From Candidatus Bathyarchaeia archaeon (GTDB lineage: Archaea > Thermoproteota > Bathyarchaeia > Bathyarchaeales > Bathycorpusculaceae): 64,000 nucleotides of DNA. Shown piece by piece: positions 47,472 through 57,348 of this stretch. Made by a program: the position numbers and the translations under genes. The first letter of the stretch is position 1. The number at the start of each line of letters is the position of its first letter. Under the pieces are notes generated by a model that saw nothing but the letters and a program-made list of their open reading frames with translations, was not told the DNA's origin and ran no database searches. The DNA lies in NCBI GenBank assembly GCA_049515895.1, contig JBEKTQ010000008.1:1-64000 (forward strand). Direction: 5' to 3'.

Positions 47472-47894
47472 TTATGGACAACATTTGCCTTTAGGGATGG
47501 GGTGCCCATGGGGGCATTTTGTCGGATGGTTTAACAACGTGCACAAGGCGTCCATGAACTCTTCATCCATGTGATGTTCCATGCCACAGACAGTTTCTTC
47601 TCGAATATCCGTCTTCAAGGTTTCTTTCATCAGCACTTCGGTTAGTCTATGAGCTCGAATTATTCTCCGCGCTATTTTTCGTCCTTTGTCGGTAAGTTCG
47701 ATACCTTGTCTTACTTTGTAAATTACGAGACCCTCTTTCTCGAGCTTTTTCAGCATTTCCAGCGCGCTTGGAGCTGCAACTCCCAGATGATCTGCTATCC
47801 AGGTTAGGTGTGTAATTTTTTCTCCGTGTTCTTCTGATATCCAGAGTGTTTCTAAGTATTCTTCTACACTTTCAGAGATGCACATTTGAGTCAA
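47472..47894 (-). CDS. DtxR/MntR-family metal-dependent repressor
   Basis: EEYLETL, IADHLGVAAPSALEMLKKL, AHRLTE, CGMEHH, CPHGHPIP. Confidence 0.93.
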   Translation of the reverse strand: MTQMCISESVEEYLETLWISEEHGEKITHLTWIADHLGVAAPSALEMLKKLEKEGLVIYKVRQGIELTDKGRKIARRIIRAHRLTEVLMKETLKTDIREETVCGMEHHMDEEFMDALCTLLNHPTKCPHGHPIPKGKCCP

Positions 47895-47969
47895 TTAGTA
47901 GAGTGTTCTCGCTTGTCATATAAGTTTTGACTTATGCATTTCTTTGCGGTTCTGTTGATTGCGAAAGAC

Positions 47970-47983
47970 TTAGGAACACCTAA
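47970..47983. promoter_or_regulatory. DtxR-type operator 1
   Basis: TTAGG-AACA-CCTAA palindrome between the divergent regulator and NRAMP genes. Confidence 0.8.
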
Positions 47984-48004
47984 ATGTTAATATTCAAGCG
48001 TGTG

Positions 48005-48022
48005 ACTTAGGTAAACCTAAGT
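48005..48022. promoter_or_regulatory. DtxR-type operator 2
   Basis: ACTTAGG-TAAA-CCTAAGT palindrome immediately before the NRAMP start. Confidence 0.85.
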
Positions 48023-48024
48023 GA

Positions 48025-49221
48025 GTGGGAAATATGAACCAAAAAGTGAGCGACTGGCTAAAAAACTTCGGACCAGCATGGATCGTAATGATAGCAGACG
48101 TAGACGTCGCCTCCATCATCACCGGGCTCCAAGCAGGCGCAAGCTGGGGCTACAGAATGATCTTTATACTGATAGTCTTAATTTTCCCACTCTTCATAAT
48201 ACAGGACGCAGCAGGCCGCCTCGGAATCGCCTCAGGCAGAGGGCTCGGAGAACAAATAAGAAACAACTTTGGAAAAAAAGCCGCGGTTTTGGCTGCTATC
48301 CCAATGGGTTTAAGCGACTTTTTGGAGTATATTGCACAGTATGCGGGCATCGCAATCGGCTTCGCATTGATAGGTTTCCCAGTGATTTTGGGGCTCCTCA
48401 TGGTGTTCGGGATCCACACGCTAATCGTTTTCGGGCGCCAGTACCATCAAGCCGAGAAGGTGCTCATACCTGTCAGCTTCTTGCTGATGATCGCAATTGT
48501 CAGCTCAACGTTTGTTTTCCACGTCAACTTTGGATCGTTTGTTACGCTGGGTCTTTCGCCCCTGCAACCCTACGGAAACCCTTCCTTCGCTTATCTGCTT
48601 GCAGCCAGCGTCGGTGCAGTCATCATGCCGTGGATGCTCTATTTCCATTCAGGTGCAGATTCCCGAAGACACAAGGAGGTTAAAGATCTAAAAAACGAAC
48701 GCTTAGAAACTTTAATCGGCGCAGTAGTTTCCGAAATCCTCATGATAATACTTGTCGTGGTTGGGTTAAACGTTTTCAGCGGAGATCGACTGATCAACGT
48801 TAACGAACTGTCGAAAGTGCTTCCTGTGTTTGGCAACTACGCCGTACCGATAATGGGAATGGGATTCATCTTCGCAGGCTTTCTAGCCCTCGTTGTGGTA
48901 TCTCTCGGTTCAGCTTGGGGTGTCCTCGAAGCAACGGGACGTGCAAATTCAAGAACTTCTTTTCTCACAATATACATCTTTGAAAGCCTTCCAGCGCTCA
49001 TTTTAGTTGCTGTCGTCACTGGTTACATTCAATTGATGCTTAACATGATGTTCATCTTCCCCATCGTTCTAATACCTTCCTTGTATTTCTTGGGCAGGCT
49101 TGTAACAAAAAAGGAAGTAATGAACGGGAACCAATACAAGAGATACGAGAAATACGCCTTCTGGATAGCCACGCTAATAGTGGTTGCTGGGGGACTACTT
49201 GGACTATTCAGCGTGCTTTGA
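48025..49221 (+). CDS. NRAMP-family divalent metal transporter
   Basis: FGPAWIVMIADVD, GASWGY, GAVIMPWMLYFHS; about 11 TM helices. Confidence 0.9.
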   Translation: MGNMNQKVSDWLKNFGPAWIVMIADVDVASIITGLQAGASWGYRMIFILIVLIFPLFIIQDAAGRLGIASGRGLGEQIRNNFGKKAAVLAAIPMGLSDFLEYIAQYAGIAIGFALIGFPVILGLLMVFGIHTLIVFGRQYHQAEKVLIPVSFLLMIAIVSSTFVFHVNFGSFVTLGLSPLQPYGNPSFAYLLAASVGAVIMPWMLYFHSGADSRRHKEVKDLKNERLETLIGAVVSEILMIILVVVGLNVFSGDRLINVNELSKVLPVFGNYAVPIMGMGFIFAGFLALVVVSLGSAWGVLEATGRANSRTSFLTIYIFESLPALILVAVVTGYIQLMLNMMFIFPIVLIPSLYFLGRLVTKKEVMNGNQYKRYEKYAFWIATLIVVAGGLLGLFSVL

Positions 49222-49304
49222 AGGCTTCCCGTCAAGATGGCGAATTTGACCCTAAAACTTTTATTGCACCGAGCACCCATTCTCAATTTCTAAGCTGAAC
49301 TGCC

Positions 49305-50153
49305 ATGACTATTATCCAGCTGCTGTACTCCATAATAATTGGGATCATCCAAGGCGTTTCCGAGTGGCTTCCGATAAGCAGTAAAACGCAGATTATTGTC
49401 TCCTCAACGTACCTGTTGAAGCTGACTTTTCAGCAGGCGTACACTTTCGGCTTGTTCATGGAGGTCGGGACATTGACAGCGGCTATAATCTACTTCCGAA
49501 AGGATTTGGTTAAGCTCGTGCAGGTTTTATCGGGTTCGAAGGATGAAATGAAACGCAAACTTTTCTTTTACGTTCTCATCGTCACCTTGATTACAGCCGT
49601 GATTGCTGCTCCTCTGTACCTTATCGCTGATTCTATAACGGGAATAGCGGTTGGCGTTCCCATGCTGGTTATAGGCTTAGTTCTCATAGGCGACGCCGCC
49701 TTGATCAGGTACTCCAAAAAGAGACAGCAAAATGGGGTAGCTCCACGAAAACTGAAAAACCTCACAGTCAAAGATTACCTAGTAATAGGAATCACACAGG
49801 GTATATCGGCGCTGCCGGGCGTTAGCAGATCAGGAATTACCACTAGCGCGATGCTTCTGCTGGGCATCGAACCCGACGAGGCGTTCAGATTGTCCTTTAC
49901 TGCAGGGATTTTCGCTGCCTTGGGAGCTTTCGGGTTGACCTTAATCGCCAGCAAATCAAACGTTGCAGCATCAATCGCGAGTATAGGAATAACAGGTTTG
50001 ATTGTGGCAATAATTACATCATTTATAATCAGCCTGTTTCTCATCGATTTTCTAATTAAATTTGCTGGAAAACAGAAAGTTACCTACCTAACGGCTGCGT
50101 TGGGAGTAATTGCCATAACCAGCGGCTTGTTGTACCTGGTTCTTGGGGTGTAG
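49305..50153 (+). CDS. uppP: Undecaprenyl/polyprenyl-diphosphate phosphatase (BacA)
   Basis: QGVSEWLPISS, PGVSRSGIT, AFRLSF. Confidence 0.92.
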   Translation: MTIIQLLYSIIIGIIQGVSEWLPISSKTQIIVSSTYLLKLTFQQAYTFGLFMEVGTLTAAIIYFRKDLVKLVQVLSGSKDEMKRKLFFYVLIVTLITAVIAAPLYLIADSITGIAVGVPMLVIGLVLIGDAALIRYSKKRQQNGVAPRKLKNLTVKDYLVIGITQGISALPGVSRSGITTSAMLLLGIEPDEAFRLSFTAGIFAALGAFGLTLIASKSNVAASIASIGITGLIVAIITSFIISLFLIDFLIKFAGKQKVTYLTAALGVIAITSGLLYLVLGV

Positions 50154-50275
50154 GTCACTTCCACTAAAAATTGCAAATTTCAAACTTTTTCATTGGGTAA
50201 GTTTTCCAAGATGGCGCCTAGAACAGGAGCATAACTTAGAAACCATTAAATCCCTTTGCCTTCCACTATTAGCGC

Positions 50276-51682
50276 ATGAAGAATTTTTTGGATTTCCTCA
50301 AAGAAGAAAACATGAGCTTGTTCACGGATTTTTACGAGTTAACGATGTGCGCAAGCTACTTTGACAATGAAAACTTTGAGCAAGCTACTTTTGATTTGTT
50401 TATCCGGAGGTTGCCCGAAAACCGCTCGTATTTTCTGTTCGCAGGTCTCGAGCAGAGTCTCCAGTACCTGCAAAATATCAAGTTCACCGACGAGCATCTG
50501 GATTACCTTAAAGCGCAAGGTTTTAATGAGGATTTTCTGGACTACCTCCATGGGTTCAAGTTTACGGGTGAAGTTTGGGCCGTTGCAGAAGGCTCGCTGG
50601 CTTTTCCAAATGAACCCTTAATCCGAGTTACGGCCCCGATAATTGAAGCACAACTTGTTGAGACTTTCCTGCTTAACACAGTCAACCTGCAAACCATGAT
50701 AGCCACCAAAGCCTCGCGGGTAGTGCATGCCGCTAAAGGCAGGCCAATAATCGAATTCGGATTAAGAAGGGAACAGGGCCTTGACGCTGGGATGAAGGTA
50801 GCACGGAGCAGCTATATCGCAGGTTGCCAGGGAACAAGCAACGTTTTGGCAGGGCAGGTTTACGGCATTCCAGTTTTCGGAACAATGGCGCATTCGTTCA
50901 TTATGTCTTATTCGAAGGAGATTGATGCATTCCGAGCCTTCACGGAAACTTTCCCGAACAAGTCGACGCTTCTTATAGACACTTACGATGATATATCAGG
51001 CGCAGAAAAAGCCGCAGTCATAGCCAAAGAACTTGAGGCAAAGGGCTGCAAGCTGGGTGGCGTTCGATTGGACAGCGGCGACTTGTCCAAGACTAGCAAG
51101 AAAATCCGAGAGTTTCTTGACGCACAAGGACTAAATTACCTAAAAATCTTTGCCAGCGGTGACCTAGATGAATTCAAAATTGAGGAACTCCTCGACAATG
51201 GCGCTCAAATCGATTCGTTCGGGGTGGGAACAAAAATGGGCACTTCAGCCGATAGACCTTACCTGGATGTGATTTACAAGCTATGCGAAACCATGAAAGC
51301 AGACGGTGGCTTTTCACCTATCATGAAGCTAAGCAAGGACAAAATCACTCTTCCAGGCAGAAAGCAAGTTTACCGCTTCAAAGACGCCAAGGGCAATTTC
51401 GAGAAAGACACAATTGCTTTGGCGGATGAAAAAATCGAGGCTGAACCTTTGTTGATTAAAGTAATGGAAAAAGGAAAATTGACTTATGCCCTACCATCGC
51501 TAAGCCAAATCCGAGCCAATGCAGCTGTGAGCTTATCTAAGCTTCCAGATAAGTACAAGGCGTTGTCCAGTGCACCTGTTTACACGGTTGAGTTAAGCAA
51601 AAACCTGCTGAACCTAGTGAAAACTCTTAAGCGCCAACTAACAATAAGCGAGATTAATGGTACTTCTTTTGTGCCTGCTTAG
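50276..51682 (+). CDS. pncB: Nicotinate phosphoribosyltransferase
   Basis: FTDFYELTM, EFGLRR, GTMAHSF, LIDTYD, VRLDSGD, FGVGT. Confidence 0.95.
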   Translation: MKNFLDFLKEENMSLFTDFYELTMCASYFDNENFEQATFDLFIRRLPENRSYFLFAGLEQSLQYLQNIKFTDEHLDYLKAQGFNEDFLDYLHGFKFTGEVWAVAEGSLAFPNEPLIRVTAPIIEAQLVETFLLNTVNLQTMIATKASRVVHAAKGRPIIEFGLRREQGLDAGMKVARSSYIAGCQGTSNVLAGQVYGIPVFGTMAHSFIMSYSKEIDAFRAFTETFPNKSTLLIDTYDDISGAEKAAVIAKELEAKGCKLGGVRLDSGDLSKTSKKIREFLDAQGLNYLKIFASGDLDEFKIEELLDNGAQIDSFGVGTKMGTSADRPYLDVIYKLCETMKADGGFSPIMKLSKDKITLPGRKQVYRFKDAKGNFEKDTIALADEKIEAEPLLIKVMEKGKLTYALPSLSQIRANAAVSLSKLPDKYKALSSAPVYTVELSKNLLNLVKTLKRQLTISEINGTSFVPA

Positions 51683-51983
51683 TTTTTCTTTGTTTTGGCG
51701 CTTTTCTCTTGAGTCACCCGCATAACTGTTTCTCCTTGTGCATGCTGTGGCGGAATTTATCACATTGCTTTAAGTGCTTGGATCATGGGCGAGCCCATCT
51801 ATTTTTTTAGTGAAGAGCAGTAAGCAAATCCTTTACTTTCCCCAAGCAATCTTCCTATAGAAGAGATAAGTCGATTTTGCATGTTGTAATCACCTTTTCT
51901 CGCGTTTTTAGTGTGAAATATGGCAAACACTTAATAGCCTTTTCAGAAGAGGTTAAGTGCTACAGTAAAGGGAAGGCAGCATC

Positions 51984-53189
51984 TTGCAAAATCGACCAGC
52001 CATTGTTGCTGTTGGCAGAACCAAGTTCGGGGAGCATTATGGCAAAGAACCCGAGAAACTTATTGAGGAAGCTTGGCTTGCCGCTTCAAACGAATGCAGT
52101 TTAGAACGGAAGGACCTTGAAGCCTGCTATATGTCAGATTGTTTTCTCCCGATTACGAACAAGTTGGGTTTGGAAGAGGGCTTTCTTTCAGAGCTCACCG
52201 AGTTGCATGTGCCCATGGAGGTAACCCGTTCTTTCAGTGCTGCACTGTTAACCGCCTGCCACGCGATTCAGGCAGGAGTTTACAACACTGTCCTCGTCGG
52301 GGGCATCGAAAAAATGACGGATCGCTGGGACAAAATACGGGACGACCTTATGCTGCTGGAAGATCCGTGGAGCTACTTTGCAGGCGGCACTCCGGAAGCC
52401 AATCATGAACTGCTGTTAAGAGCCTACATAAAGAAGCATCACATAACAGGCGAAAACCTGAACAAGCTCAACATCGCCTTAGCACAAGTTTCTGTAAAAA
52501 ACCATGCGAACGCAACCAAAAACAAGTACGCACAGTATCAAAGACCAATCACGGTTGACCAAGTCTTGAACGCGAGGAAAACAGAGCATAAACCTTTAGG
52601 CATGTATGATTTTGCCCCGGTTTCCGATGGTGCCTCGGCGTTGATTCTGACAAGTGAAAGTACCGCCAAGAAGCGATGTGATAAACCAGTTTACGTTTTA
52701 GCGTGCACTTCAGCCACTGACTACTTGAACTACTCGGCGAGGGAGGATTTGTCTCGTTTTGTGGCGGGCGAAATCGCGATGAAGAATGCTGTTCAAGTAG
52801 CTAAGACTGCCTTGTCTGATATACAGGTTATCGAAATAAATGACCAGTCTACGATGATGGAGCTTGTTTCGCTTGAAGATTTAGGCTTCATTGAGTCAGG
52901 GAGCGCGTGGAAAAACATCTATGAAAGCTACGTGAACAATAGGAATTCTTATGAGGTAAACGGTAAGCAGCTTTTCGTTAATACTGATGGGGGGTTAAAA
53001 GCCGATGGGAACCCGTTTGGGGCCACTGGCGGGGCTCAGGTTTTTGAAGTCTATCGCCAGCTAAAAGGTCAGGCTGGAGCCCGGCAGGTTAGCTTCGTTG
53101 ATGGTTCACCGAAGACTGGTTGCGTTTCGGAGTTTGAAGGCTTCGGAACGAAGGCTTACGCGACTATCTTAGGAGAGAAGAAAGATTGA
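51984..53189 (+). CDS. Thiolase-fold protein lacking the catalytic residues
   Basis: VGRTKFG, GGIEKM, VKNHANA, SDGASALIL, VNTDGGLKADGNPFGATG; no ACAS Cys, HD replaced by ND, GHP by GNP. Confidence 0.88.
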   Translation: MQNRPAIVAVGRTKFGEHYGKEPEKLIEEAWLAASNECSLERKDLEACYMSDCFLPITNKLGLEEGFLSELTELHVPMEVTRSFSAALLTACHAIQAGVYNTVLVGGIEKMTDRWDKIRDDLMLLEDPWSYFAGGTPEANHELLLRAYIKKHHITGENLNKLNIALAQVSVKNHANATKNKYAQYQRPITVDQVLNARKTEHKPLGMYDFAPVSDGASALILTSESTAKKRCDKPVYVLACTSATDYLNYSAREDLSRFVAGEIAMKNAVQVAKTALSDIQVIEINDQSTMMELVSLEDLGFIESGSAWKNIYESYVNNRNSYEVNGKQLFVNTDGGLKADGNPFGATGGAQVFEVYRQLKGQAGARQVSFVDGSPKTGCVSEFEGFGTKAYATILGEKKD

Positions 53190-54694
53190 GTAGTGAACCG
53201 ATAGAGCGACGGGTTTCATATTTAGGTGACAGGTTACGCGCTAGCCAATGCCAGTGCTGCGGCAAAGAATATTTTGAAGTTAGAGATTACTGCAGCAACT
53301 GCGGCAGAAAAAGCTATGGAAAAATGGATAGCATAGACCTGTTTTATGACAGGGGAAAACTTGAATTATGCACATTCATCAATGAACCCACCAACAAGTT
53401 CATGAAGCTTTCAAGCTACGTTTACGGGATAATTTCTTTTCACAACGGCAAAATTCGTGTACCAGGAAGATTAACTGACCAGCTAATAGCGGACGGCAAG
53501 GATGTTGACTTGGCAAGCCTTGAAGGGAGAGAAGTAGTTCCCCGTTTCCGCAGGCGTTACTCGGTGGGAAAAAGCGAAGTCGTTCCAACGATTTCGTTGG
53601 CTTTCACTTTAGCCGATGAGTATTACCCACACCAAGAATATCGCATAACCGCACCCAACAAAGAGTATGAGTTACCGGGAGTCGTTGGCTACGGCGTTTA
53701 CTCTTCCAGGTTCCGAATAAAAGAAGCAGGATTAGAACGCGCTGTCCCATTCGTTGATGAAGACTCGGTAACGGCGGCTGTGGAGGCAGGAAAACTCGCC
53801 TTGATTCATTCAGGCATTGACAGCAGGCTAGTTGGCAAAGTTTATGTCGGTTCAGAATCCAACCCGTATTCAGTTAAGCCTATCGCGTCTAAGGTAGCTC
53901 AGGTGCTTAAGCTCGGCGAAGAAGACGGCGATGTTCAAGGCGTCGACGCAGTTGACACCGAGTTCGCGTGTAAAGCAGCTACAAGCATGTTTAAGGATGC
54001 TTGCGCCCTCGTCAGTTACCCACGTTCAGGCGTAAAATATGCAATAGTTATTGGCGCCGATAATGCCCAAGCAGCGCCAAGAGGCTGCCCAGGAGGCGAA
54101 TTGGACACGTTTGTCGGTTATGGTGGTGCCGCGTTCATTTTCGGAAAAAGCGACGTAATAGCTCAGGTGGAAGGGTGGTATTCCTGCACTTCTGATACAC
54201 CTGATTTCTGGCGTCGGGATGGCGAACCTTTCCCGATGCATGGCGGAAGATTCACAGGCGACCCTGCCTACTTCAAGCATGTCCGCAAGGCAACGTGTAA
54301 ACTTATGGAGCGGCATAACCTCAAAGCAAACGATATCGGTTATTTCGTTGCTCATCAGCCTAACCCTCAGTTCCCAGCTAGAATAGCTAAGGAGCTTGGG
54401 TTTAGGGATGAACAGTATTTGCCTGGGCTTATGATTAACAAATTCGGCAACACCTACTCCGGCTGTGTGCCCCTGAGTTTAGCGGCCGTCCTTGACATAG
54501 CGAAACCTGAAGAGCTTATTTTAGTCGGTAGCTACGGTTCAGGAGCTGGAAGCGACGCATACCTGCTTAGAACCACAAGCCAGCTTGTCGACAAGCGAAA
54601 ACAGCAGAAGGTAAACGTCAAATTTCAATCTGAAAACCCATTCATTGAATATGTAGATTACACGACCTATCGGCGTCTTAAACTTGGGATGTAA
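53186..54694 (+). CDS. DUF35 (Zn-ribbon/OB) scaffold fused to HMG-CoA synthase
   Basis: N-terminal CQCCG..YF..RDYCSNCG plus OB-like region; C-terminal DEDSVT, GSESNPY, EFACKA, HQPN, GNTYSG, SYGSGAGSD. Confidence 0.9.
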   Translation: MSSEPIERRVSYLGDRLRASQCQCCGKEYFEVRDYCSNCGRKSYGKMDSIDLFYDRGKLELCTFINEPTNKFMKLSSYVYGIISFHNGKIRVPGRLTDQLIADGKDVDLASLEGREVVPRFRRRYSVGKSEVVPTISLAFTLADEYYPHQEYRITAPNKEYELPGVVGYGVYSSRFRIKEAGLERAVPFVDEDSVTAAVEAGKLALIHSGIDSRLVGKVYVGSESNPYSVKPIASKVAQVLKLGEEDGDVQGVDAVDTEFACKAATSMFKDACALVSYPRSGVKYAIVIGADNAQAAPRGCPGGELDTFVGYGGAAFIFGKSDVIAQVEGWYSCTSDTPDFWRRDGEPFPMHGGRFTGDPAYFKHVRKATCKLMERHNLKANDIGYFVAHQPNPQFPARIAKELGFRDEQYLPGLMINKFGNTYSGCVPLSLAAVLDIAKPEELILVGSYGSGAGSDAYLLRTTSQLVDKRKQQKVNVKFQSENPFIEYVDYTTYRRLKLGM

Positions 54695-54745
54695 CAAATA
54701 CTTTAATAAACAACAGTGAAACACACATAGCGAGGAACCAAGAGA

Positions 54746-55999
54746 TTGCTTCTTAATGACCTCGCACAAGTAGTCTATGCACCTTCAAAAGCCTTTAAGA
54801 AAATTATTGAAAACCCCAAATACCTGGGTGCCCTTTTGGTTCTGCTCCTTTTTGTCGGCTTGGCTATCGGCTTTGAGTTTGTCCAGTTTTCGAGGATTTA
54901 CACTGAGAACACCGTGCCTCAGGTTGGCCAGCTACAGGATTTCCTTAACTCGACATCTTGGAGGAGCAGTTCAAACGTGGCTCTAAGCGACAATTTCGCT
55001 GACCCATTCAACTACAGCATCTTCGTCGCTGCACTAAATACCAATTACAGCATGTTTGGAAACAGCAGCCTCGAAATGGGTGCTATCCACACTAACAACA
55101 TAACGACGGCGTTAGGCAACGTGTTCAACGTCGATTGCAACCCGTCGGGCTTCCAAAACCTTTCTATTACCATAAAACAGGTGGCACCCTCTTCCGCACC
55201 TCAAAATGCAGCTTTGACTTTGTTCTCCCTTAGCGATACGAGTTTTTACACTTATGACCTAACTTCGTCCCTAAACTCAGCCCCCGTTGGCGCGTGGAAC
55301 AACTTAACCATCCCTCTAGGACCCAAATCGTCAGGTTGGACGACAACAGGTACCCCGTCATGGGGTAACGTTACCGCTTTACAGTTAAGCCTAAATTATC
55401 CAGCTAATTCAAACATCACCGCCCGCATCGGCGCTTTGTTCTTCCGAGGACAATACCAGACACCTGTGCAAACTGACAGCCTTGGTCTTGTTGAACAGTT
55501 TCTGTCGTCGTATGGTTTCGAGTTCATTTTAGTCTGGTTCGTGTTAACTGGAATAATCTACCTGTTCTTTTACGGAATGAAAACCTCTCACGTTTGGAAA
55601 CCACTCTTTGTCGCCACTGGTTACGCGTTGATCGTATTGGACATCAGAGCATTGATTAACATTATTGCAGCAGCCACTTTGCCAACCCTCTATTATCCCT
55701 TCGACATAACGCTTGGAGTTCGCTTCAACTTTTATGGAGCAACAGTCTATGCAGGAGCAGCAAGCAGCTTAACAACGCAGTCCCACGCCATCCTCAACAG
55801 CATCAACACCGCAACCGCTGGCTTCGGAACCATAGTTTTCCTGATGTTCGCCGTCTCCTACATCTGGATAGGCTTCTTATCCACAATAATAGTAGGAACA
55901 CTAAAACCAGAGTTCTCAATGACAAAGCGAATTACAATCGCCGTAGTCAGCGTCGCCGCAACGGTCTTCCTGTCTCTTCTGCTAGTAGGACTGGTTTAA
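54746..55999 (+). CDS. Yip1-like membrane protein with a large inserted extracellular domain
   Basis: VVYAPSKAFKKI Yip1-type start, a ~200-aa Ser/Thr/Asn-rich loop with N-x-S/T sequons, then 4-5 TM helices. Confidence 0.7.
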   Translation: MLLNDLAQVVYAPSKAFKKIIENPKYLGALLVLLLFVGLAIGFEFVQFSRIYTENTVPQVGQLQDFLNSTSWRSSSNVALSDNFADPFNYSIFVAALNTNYSMFGNSSLEMGAIHTNNITTALGNVFNVDCNPSGFQNLSITIKQVAPSSAPQNAALTLFSLSDTSFYTYDLTSSLNSAPVGAWNNLTIPLGPKSSGWTTTGTPSWGNVTALQLSLNYPANSNITARIGALFFRGQYQTPVQTDSLGLVEQFLSSYGFEFILVWFVLTGIIYLFFYGMKTSHVWKPLFVATGYALIVLDIRALINIIAAATLPTLYYPFDITLGVRFNFYGATVYAGAASSLTTQSHAILNSINTATAGFGTIVFLMFAVSYIWIGFLSTIIVGTLKPEFSMTKRITIAVVSVAATVFLSLLLVGLV

Positions 56000-56145
56000 A
56001 ACAAAGATGAAATGCCTTTTTCCGCGGCTTTTTGCTTGCTTTCCTTGCTGTTTAGCGCTCAGGTTATTTCTTAAGCAAGATTTATATGATTGAAATTCAC
56101 CTTTGCAATTGAAAACCTTAGCGAAGAACATAGTTTAGGTGATTT

Positions 56146-56442
56146 GTGTTGACGGCAATTAAAGATTTGCAAAATGGGATGAAACGGGTGAGCGTTGAAG
56201 CCAAAGTTGTTGAAAAAGGCGAGCCCCGCGAAGTTAAATCCCGCTTCAAAGACGAAACCTACCGCATCGTGGACGCTGTGGTTGCAGACGAGACAGGCAG
56301 CATCAAGCTGACGCTGTGGAACGAGCAGATTGATCAGGTCAACGTTGGCGACAACATAAAAATAGACAATGGCTACATAACCAGTTTCAAAAGCGAAATC
56401 CAACTTAACGTCGGCAAATTCGGCACACTAAAAGTCTCATAA
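56146..56442 (+). CDS. Single-OB-fold ssDNA-binding protein
   Basis: IKDL..G, VADETGSIKLTLWNEQI, NGY...QLNVGKFG. Confidence 0.9.
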   Translation: MLTAIKDLQNGMKRVSVEAKVVEKGEPREVKSRFKDETYRIVDAVVADETGSIKLTLWNEQIDQVNVGDNIKIDNGYITSFKSEIQLNVGKFGTLKVS

Positions 56443-56599
56443 GGTACCAAGCACTTGACCATCGGTTTTTCTTGAAAGATTAGACGCTCTTCTTAATAAC
56501 ATAATTCGTAAGCTAAAGAATGGGAACAGTGAATAGACTATTTTTAGAACAGCCATTCTATTGCGAAGGATTAAGAGTTTTAGGAACTATACCTTACTT

Positions 56600-57211
56600 A
56601 TGGCAAACCCTAGCCAAAAGGCAAATCAATTCAACAAGAAAAACAAATTAATCATCGCCGCATTGGCGATCGTTGCAGTTTTATTGGCTTCATTTTGGGT
56701 AACACAACAAATCTCCTTTTGGCCATCCAATGCTGTCAAACCCGATGTTACAGCGGTGCCGCCCATCACCGGGTACTACTTGAACTTCCAAGGCAACACC
56801 ACCAAGATATTTGTTGGTTCGGCAACCGTGAGTTCTGGTTCTTACCCTTACCCCACACGCTCAGCTCTTGGGAGCAAATCAGGCAGCCCGCCAGTAGTGG
56901 AGAAGGGTGAGCCATGCGTCATAATCAATGTTACAATTCGCAATGATTATTCTGAACAGTCACCAGTGCCTGACCATTTTCCAGGTCATCCAACTTTGGC
57001 ATATGTTTTCTTGACCGCAAAAATATTCAACGGAGACAAACAAATCAATTCAGTCGATTTAACGCATGTAGGTCTGCCCCCTGATGCCTGGTCATTGGCA
57101 GGTTTACAAGGTGGGGAAAACGAGACCATTTCCATTTACCTGGCGACCACAAGCAGAACGGAAATAACGGGTTTCGAGATTGTTCCCATGTTGATCGGTG
57201 GGCTTCCGTAG
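56600..57211 (+). CDS. Hypothetical membrane-anchored exported protein
   Basis: Basic N-terminus plus TM helix, then an Ig-like region (INVTIRNDY). Confidence 0.7.
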   Translation: MANPSQKANQFNKKNKLIIAALAIVAVLLASFWVTQQISFWPSNAVKPDVTAVPPITGYYLNFQGNTTKIFVGSATVSSGSYPYPTRSALGSKSGSPPVVEKGEPCVIINVTIRNDYSEQSPVPDHFPGHPTLAYVFLTAKIFNGDKQINSVDLTHVGLPPDAWSLAGLQGGENETISIYLATTSRTEITGFEIVPMLIGGLP

Positions 57212-57348
57212 GCATAATTACTAAACTGTACGGTAACCTCCTTTTAGGCATCTATGACACGTGTCATGAATTATACTGAACCTGAGAAAAAACCTTATTA
57301 GTTGAAACAGTTGGGTTCATTTCTTAGAAGGGTGTTGGAGAAGCTAAA

